From contig UQAX01000009.1 in the NCBI GenBank assembly GCA_900539145.1, positions 8,035 to 72,034 on the forward strand: 64,000 nt of DNA, given 5' to 3'. Positions 59,576 to 64,000 of this stretch are shown piece after piece (the stretch's first letter is position 1; each line of letters opens with the position of its first letter). A model generated the notes under the pieces. That model was not told the DNA's origin. It saw only the letters and a program-made list of their open reading frames with translations, and did not search any database. This DNA comes from an uncultured Blautia sp. (GTDB taxonomy: Bacteria; Bacillota; Clostridia; Lachnospirales; Lachnospiraceae). The position numbers and the translations under genes were made by a program.

Positions 59576-60386
59576 AAGCATTTGGTGTTGTTCCTGTTAA
59601 ACGGCGAAAGGTCTGGGAAAAATAGGATTGGGAAGAAAATCCACTGATTTCTCCTATTTTTGTCACAGAATAATTGGTAGACTCCAGCAAGTGGCGGGCT
59701 TCTTCTACTCTGCGCTGGATTAGGTAGTTAATTGGAGAGATACCTTTGTAATTCTTAAATGCATGAACCAGATAATATTTATTGATATGAACCAGAGCGC
59801 TTAATGTATCCAGTGTAATGTCTTCGTGATAGTGTTCATTGATGTATTGTTCCACCAGCCTGCATTCTCTGGTAGTTTTCTGTCTTGGAGCAGAGAGAAA
59901 TTCCTGTCGTGTACTTCTGGCTACGGAAAGTAAAACCAGTTCCAGCAGGTTTTGGCATATTGTCTGATAACCTGTCTGTTGTGTCTGAATTTCTTTTACC
60001 AAAGTATTTAGATACCATGGGATTTCGGTGTGTTCGCGAGAAAGAGAAAACACACTATAGCTATAAGGAGCCTCTTTCTCTGAATATTGGAATTGGACAC
60101 CTTCAATTCCCAGTGCTATGTATTCCCATGGGTATTCTTTGTTTCCGAATTCCGTGTGTGGAATATTGGGATTGATGAGTACAAGGTCGTTTTTCTGTAC
60201 TGGAATTTGCTTACCTTCAATTTGAAAAAATCCTGTTCCCTTTGTCACAAAGAAAAGCTCAGAGAAATAATGAGAGTGTTCCATACTGTGCCAGTCTTTG
60301 TCAGAAGTGGCGCAGGTGACGTAGAGAAGCTGTGCTTTTAAAAAGTTAGAGTCATAGTTTTCAAAAGGATAGCGGATATTACTCAT
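59553..60386 (-). CDS. AraC family transcriptional regulator (cupin + HTH)
   Basis: 277 aa with a C-terminal AraC helix-turn-helix (…VTKIGEISGFSSQSYFSQTFRRLTG). GGAGGAGGAG ribosome-binding site. It overlaps the MATE gene by 8 nt. Confidence 0.75.
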   Translation of the reverse strand: MSNIRYPFENYDSNFLKAQLLYVTCATSDKDWHSMEHSHYFSELFFVTKGTGFFQIEGKQIPVQKNDLVLINPNIPHTEFGNKEYPWEYIALGIEGVQFQYSEKEAPYSYSVFSLSREHTEIPWYLNTLVKEIQTQQTGYQTICQNLLELVLLSVARSTRQEFLSAPRQKTTRECRLVEQYINEHYHEDITLDTLSALVHINKYYLVHAFKNYKGISPINYLIQRRVEEARHLLESTNYSVTKIGEISGFSSQSYFSQTFRRLTGTTPNAYRKKKKP

Positions 60387-61749
60387 AGGACTTCTCCTCC
60401 TCCTTCATTTCTTTCATGATGCTTTTGTTTACGATAATAGCCAGAACAAAGGCACAAACATCAGCAGTAGGCTGAGATAACTGTATTCCTGGAATTCCTA
60501 AAAGCGGCGGCAGCAGAAGAACAGAAGGAATAAAGAAAATTCCCTGTCGGGCAGCTGCTAAAAGGGAGGCTTTGAAAGTTTTTCCAATGGTCTGTGTCAT
60601 CATGTTGTTCATAATTACCCATCCGGAAAGGGGCAGGGCAACACACTGCATACGCAGAGCAACCGTGCCGATAGCAATAACCTGTAAGTCATCTTTTCGG
60701 AAAACAGAAATAAGAGAACCGGCGAAAAGAAAGCCAGTAATGCCGATAAAAATAAGTACCACAGTAGATACTTTTACGCAGAACCAGAAAGCTTCTCTGA
60801 CACGGCTGAATTTTTTCGCTCCGTAATTAAATCCGCATACCGGCTGAAATCCCTGTCCAAACCCAATCAGTGCAGAAATGGCAAATTGGGAAATGCGGGA
60901 TACAATGGACATAGCGGCAATGGCGGCATCTCCGTAAGGCTTCGCTGCTAAATTCAATGCCAGAATGGAAATACTTCCCAAACCCTGACGAAACAGGGAA
61001 GGAAGTCCGCCCTGTGCAATGATTTTTAAATTAGATTTTAAATATTTCATGGATTTTAATTTCAGAGGAATACAGCCGGATATTTTTATTCCCCAAAGGA
61101 GCAGAAGAAAACTGATAAACTGACTTAAAATAGTTGCCAGAGCAGCTCCGGAGACTCCCATATTAAATTTGAAAATAAAAAGAGGATCCAGAAAAATATT
61201 TAAAATCCCACCGGAGGTAATGCCAATCATGGCGTAAAAAGCATTTCCCTGAAAGCGCAGTTGATTATTCAAAACAAGCTGTGCCGTCATATAAGGAGCG
61301 CCCAGTAAAATAATACCCAGATAATCCTTTGTATAAGGTAAAATCGTAGGCGTAGAGCCTAAAAGCAGGGACAGCGGTTCTAAGAAAAAAAGTCCCAGAG
61401 CCGCTACGCAAAGTCCGCATAAAAATGCAGAAAAAAAGCCAATGCCTGCAAGCTGTTCTGCCATTTCGGTATCCTTAGCGCCCAGTCTTCTGGAAATGGA
61501 ATTTCCGGAACCATGCCCGAAGAAAAAACCGAGAGCCTGTATAATTGCCATAACAGGGAACACAATACCCACAGATGCAGTGGCGCTGGTTCCCAGCTTG
61601 GATACAAAAAAGGTATCGGCAATGTTATAAATAGAAGTAATCAGCATACTGATTATGGTAGGAACTGCCATTTTTCCAATAAGCGAAGGAATAGAGGCAG
61701 TTGTCATCATTTGAAATTTTTCTTCCTGTGCAATTTTATGCTTCAACAT
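60379..61749 (-). CDS. MATE family efflux transporter
   Basis: 456 aa with 12 transmembrane helices and MATE-conserved motifs. AGGAAGGAGC ribosome-binding site. Confidence 0.8.
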   Translation of the reverse strand: MLKHKIAQEEKFQMMTTASIPSLIGKMAVPTIISMLITSIYNIADTFFVSKLGTSATASVGIVFPVMAIIQALGFFFGHGSGNSISRRLGAKDTEMAEQLAGIGFFSAFLCGLCVAALGLFFLEPLSLLLGSTPTILPYTKDYLGIILLGAPYMTAQLVLNNQLRFQGNAFYAMIGITSGGILNIFLDPLFIFKFNMGVSGAALATILSQFISFLLLLWGIKISGCIPLKLKSMKYLKSNLKIIAQGGLPSLFRQGLGSISILALNLAAKPYGDAAIAAMSIVSRISQFAISALIGFGQGFQPVCGFNYGAKKFSRVREAFWFCVKVSTVVLIFIGITGFLFAGSLISVFRKDDLQVIAIGTVALRMQCVALPLSGWVIMNNMMTQTIGKTFKASLLAAARQGIFFIPSVLLLPPLLGIPGIQLSQPTADVCAFVLAIIVNKSIMKEMKEEEKSYE

Positions 61750-61824
61750 TTTGCTCCTTCCTGTTTTGAAATGTAAGCGTTTTATTTATTATAGGCTTTT
61801 TTGAAAGAGCAAACAAGAGAAAAC

Positions 61825-62604
61825 TTACGGATGGAGATAGTTACGCATAGTTTTTAGCGCATGCTTTTCCAGACGACTGACCTGCGCCTGAGAAATACCG
61901 ATTTCTTCTGCTACCTCCATTTGCGTTTTCCCTTCGTAAAAGCGCATGGTAACAATATGCTGTTCTCTGTCATCTAATTTTTTTAATGCTTCCTTTAAAG
62001 CAATGTTTTCAATCCAATTATCTTCTTTATTTTTTTTATCGCTGATTTGGTCCATGACATAAAGGGTATCCCCTCCTTCTGTATAGACAGGCTCATACAG
62101 GCTGACAGGACTTTGAATGGCATCCAGAGCATATACGATTTCCTCTTTATCGATGCCGATTTCTTCGGCAATCTCATTGATGGTAGGTTCTTTTAAATTT
62201 TGCTTTACATAATTTTCTTTTGCATAAATGGCTTTATAGGCAATATCCCGAAGGGAACGGCTGACACGAATGGCGTTGTTGTCTCTTAAATAGCGTCGTA
62301 TTTCGCCGATAATCATGGGAACAGCATAAGTTGAAAATTTTACGTTTAAGGTGGTGTCAAAGTTGTCAATGGCTTTAATCAATCCCACGCAGCCAATTTG
62401 AAATAAATCATCTGCATTTTCATTGCTGCTGGAAAACCGTTTGATAACGCTTAGAACCAGCCGCAGATTACCTTTAATGTATTGTTCTCTCGCTTTAGGA
62501 TCACCTTCTTTAATACGCACAAATAATGCGTCCTTTTCTTCATTTGTGAGAATAGGAAGACGTGAAGTATTTACGCCGCAAATTTCCACTTTATTAAGTG
62601 CCAT
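61825..62604 (-). CDS. sigG: sporulation sigma factor SigG (sigma-70 family, SigF/G group)
   Basis: About 259 aa. It is nearly colinear with B. subtilis SigG (NKVEICGV…GNLRLVLSVI…DDLFQIGCVGL…FSTYAVPMIIGEIRRYLRDNN…GKTQMEVAEEIGISQAQVSRLEK). I chose ATG 62604 because GGAGGA lies 9 nt upstream. Confidence 0.8.
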   Translation of the reverse strand: MALNKVEICGVNTSRLPILTNEEKDALFVRIKEGDPKAREQYIKGNLRLVLSVIKRFSSSNENADDLFQIGCVGLIKAIDNFDTTLNVKFSTYAVPMIIGEIRRYLRDNNAIRVSRSLRDIAYKAIYAKENYVKQNLKEPTINEIAEEIGIDKEEIVYALDAIQSPVSLYEPVYTEGGDTLYVMDQISDKKNKEDNWIENIALKEALKKLDDREQHIVTMRFYEGKTQMEVAEEIGISQAQVSRLEKHALKTMRNYLHP

Positions 62605-62824
62605 AGCAAGAAATCCTCCAATCATGTAATAAAAATACTGCTATGAAAAGCATTCTCCATGAAGCGGTACAATATACGATAAAAGGGGAAATTTAATAAA
62701 GTTTTAGACCTTGACATTAAGATATTGCTTTTTTTTGGTAATACGCCAACAAACTAATTGAATAAAAAATATGAATATAGTAAAATAGGTTTATCAAAAT
62801 ACGTGAAAATAGGAAAAGGAGGAA

Positions 62825-63310
62825 ATGCAGATGAAGGGGAAGCGTGTATTATTTGCGGCAGCAGGGATTGCCATACTGTTATGTTCCGGATGTGCACAAG
62901 ACGAAGGAAAAAGTTCTTCTGCCACAACTGTTCCGGAAAGTTTTTTGAAGGAGGTATTTACCACAGATTTTGAAAAACGATATACAGAATTTCAGAAGGA
63001 CAATGATACAGAAAAGTATTATGATACATTTTCAGATTGCGCTTCCGAGGCGTGTATAGAGGCTATGAGCGGTGACAGAATGCCTTTAAAATACGATAAG
63101 AAAGCAGAGGAGAATTCTGCAAAGGCAAAGGTTTTGGAAGTGAAATGTGAAGTGGATGAAGACGGCGAGGGAGAATTTGAAGTATTGTTAGGATACGAGA
63201 AGGATGAGGATAAAAAAGAGAAAGCCACAGGACAAATCACTGTTACGCAGGAAGACGGAAAAGAGAAAGTAGACTCCTTTTTCCTGAGTAATATTGTTGA
63301 AGTAAAGTAA
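62825..63310 (+). CDS. putative lipoprotein
   Basis: 161 aa. It has a signal peptide with a lipobox-like AILLCSGCAQ. The mature part is acidic and Lys/Glu-rich. AGGAGG ribosome-binding site. Confidence 0.5.
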   Translation: MQMKGKRVLFAAAGIAILLCSGCAQDEGKSSSATTVPESFLKEVFTTDFEKRYTEFQKDNDTEKYYDTFSDCASEACIEAMSGDRMPLKYDKKAEENSAKAKVLEVKCEVDEDGEGEFEVLLGYEKDEDKKEKATGQITVTQEDGKEKVDSFFLSNIVEVK

Positions 63311-63432
63311 ATGGAAGACCTCTGCCGGTTTATATGAAATTCCGGCAGGAAAAGAAAGAGGCAGAGGCATTTTAAGAATTGCAGTTTTAGAAATTTGCTT
63401 TAGAAAATTTTATAAGAATTGTAAAAAAGGTA

Positions 63433-63462
63433 TTGACAATTTGTCAAAAATCAGTATATAAT
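63433..63462 (+). promoter_or_regulatory. strong promoter TTGACA-N16/18-TATA(T)AAT for the tRNA cluster
   Basis: Consensus -35 hexamer and an extended AT-rich -10 hexamer about 35 nt upstream of the first tRNA. Confidence 0.6.
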
Positions 63463-63495
63463 AGCAAGGCAGTCAGCGATAAGCTGACAGGAAAC

Positions 63496-63568
63496 GGGAT
63501 CTTAGCTCAGCTGGGAGAGCATCTGCCTTACAAGCAGAGGGTCACAGGTTCGAGCCCTGTAGGTCCCA
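63496..63568 (+). tRNA. tRNA-Val (anticodon TAC)
   Basis: Cloverleaf checked by hand. Acceptor GGGATCT/AGGTCCC, anticodon stem TCTGC/GCAGA, loop CTTACAA, T-arm ACAGG-TTCGAGC-CCTGT. No encoded CCA. Confidence 0.85.
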
Positions 63569-63600
63569 TTTCTTTTGTAAAAGCAAAGAAAAAAGTAAAT

Positions 63601-63674
63601 GGCGAGATAGCTCAGTTGGCTAGAGCATACGGTTCATACCCGTAGTGTCGAGGGTTCGAATCCCCCTCTCGCTA
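63601..63674 (+). tRNA. tRNA-Met (anticodon CAT; elongator-like)
   Basis: Acceptor GGCGAGA/TCTCGCT with a G1·U72 wobble, anticodon stem TACGG/CCGTA, loop TTCATAC. I recall a similar B. subtilis elongator tRNA-Met. One A·C mismatch in the T-stem. Confidence 0.75.
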
Positions 63675-63699
63675 CTTGTCGAAAGACAAAACATAAAAT

Positions 63700-63772
63700 G
63701 GGATCTTAGCTCAGCTGGGAGAGCATCTGCCTTACAAGCAGAGGGTCACAGGTTCGAGCCCTGTAGGTCCCA
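63700..63772 (+). tRNA. tRNA-Val (anticodon TAC), second identical copy
   Basis: Identical to 63496-63568, and the 32-nt spacer that follows is also identical. Confidence 0.85.
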
Positions 63773-63804
63773 TTTCTTTTGTAAAAGCAAAGAAAAAAGT
63801 AAAT

Positions 63805-63878
63805 GGCGAGATAGCTCAGTTGGCTAGAGCATACGGTTCATACCCGTAGTGTCGAGGGTTCGAATCCCCCTCTCGCTA
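63805..63878 (+). tRNA. tRNA-Met (anticodon CAT), second identical copy
   Basis: Identical to 63601-63674. Confidence 0.75.
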
Positions 63879-63920
63879 CTAAAAGAATAGTTTGTGGGAA
63901 ATAGGCTGTGACTCAGAAAG

Positions 63921-63958
63921 AGTCGTGGCTTTTTTGTTTTGTATGAAATTGTGCTGCT
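63921..63958 (+). terminator. rho-independent terminator after the tRNA cluster
   Basis: The hairpin ggctgtgactc…gagtcgtggc includes G·U pairs and is followed by ttttttgttttg. Confidence 0.5.
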
Positions 63959-64000
63959 GCGTAATCTTTTTTCATTAAAATGTGGTTTTCAATAAATGAA

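Noticed and set aside
63433-63827. ORF-track entries 63433..63645 and 63645..63827 (70 and 60 aa)
   Set aside because: They overlap four hand-verified tRNA genes and a promoter. Their translations are simply tRNA sequence read as protein (…AQLGEHLPYKQRVTGSSPVGPI…).

Overview
This is a low-GC Firmicutes chromosomal window with a Clostridia/Lachnospiraceae-like gene set; it includes sigG, a T-box thrS leader and a lysine riboswitch. Most of it is housekeeping, and I saw no CRISPR array, integrase or prophage.

Housekeeping genes, in order:
- darA, bcp, yaaA and ilvE, with a partial Rpn-family nuclease gene on the left edge of the window.
- an xpaC-like/telA pair, then ispG and polC.
- an MFS transporter, purC, an aminotransferase, purB and an nhaC-family antiporter.
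- thrS behind a T-box leader, then rho, rpmE, a DUF1385 protein, prmC and prfA.
- a tandemly duplicated tRNA-Val/tRNA-Met pair at the right edge.

Accessory content:
- a three-gene block of uncharacterised proteins: an 1179-aa protein, a divergent Hsp70/actin-fold ATPase, and a small TPR-like protein.
- a complete BceRS/BceAB-type antimicrobial-peptide sensing and detoxification module, plus a decayed paralogous module (response regulator, histidine kinase, truncated FtsX permease) next to a pentapeptide-repeat (Qnr-like) protein.
- a GH13 alpha-glucosidase with an AraC regulator, and a GH112 lacto-N-biose/galacto-N-biose phosphorylase with AraC and MATE neighbours.
- a CydDC-type ABC exporter pair in which the first gene has a homopolymer frameshift.
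- a lysine riboswitch in front of a second NhaC-family transporter.
- a stand-alone sigG.
- a family of nested palindromic repeat elements sitting in intergenic terminators, sharing a TGTCGCATTAAGTGCAT stem and a roughly 100-bp insert bounded by terminal inverted repeats.
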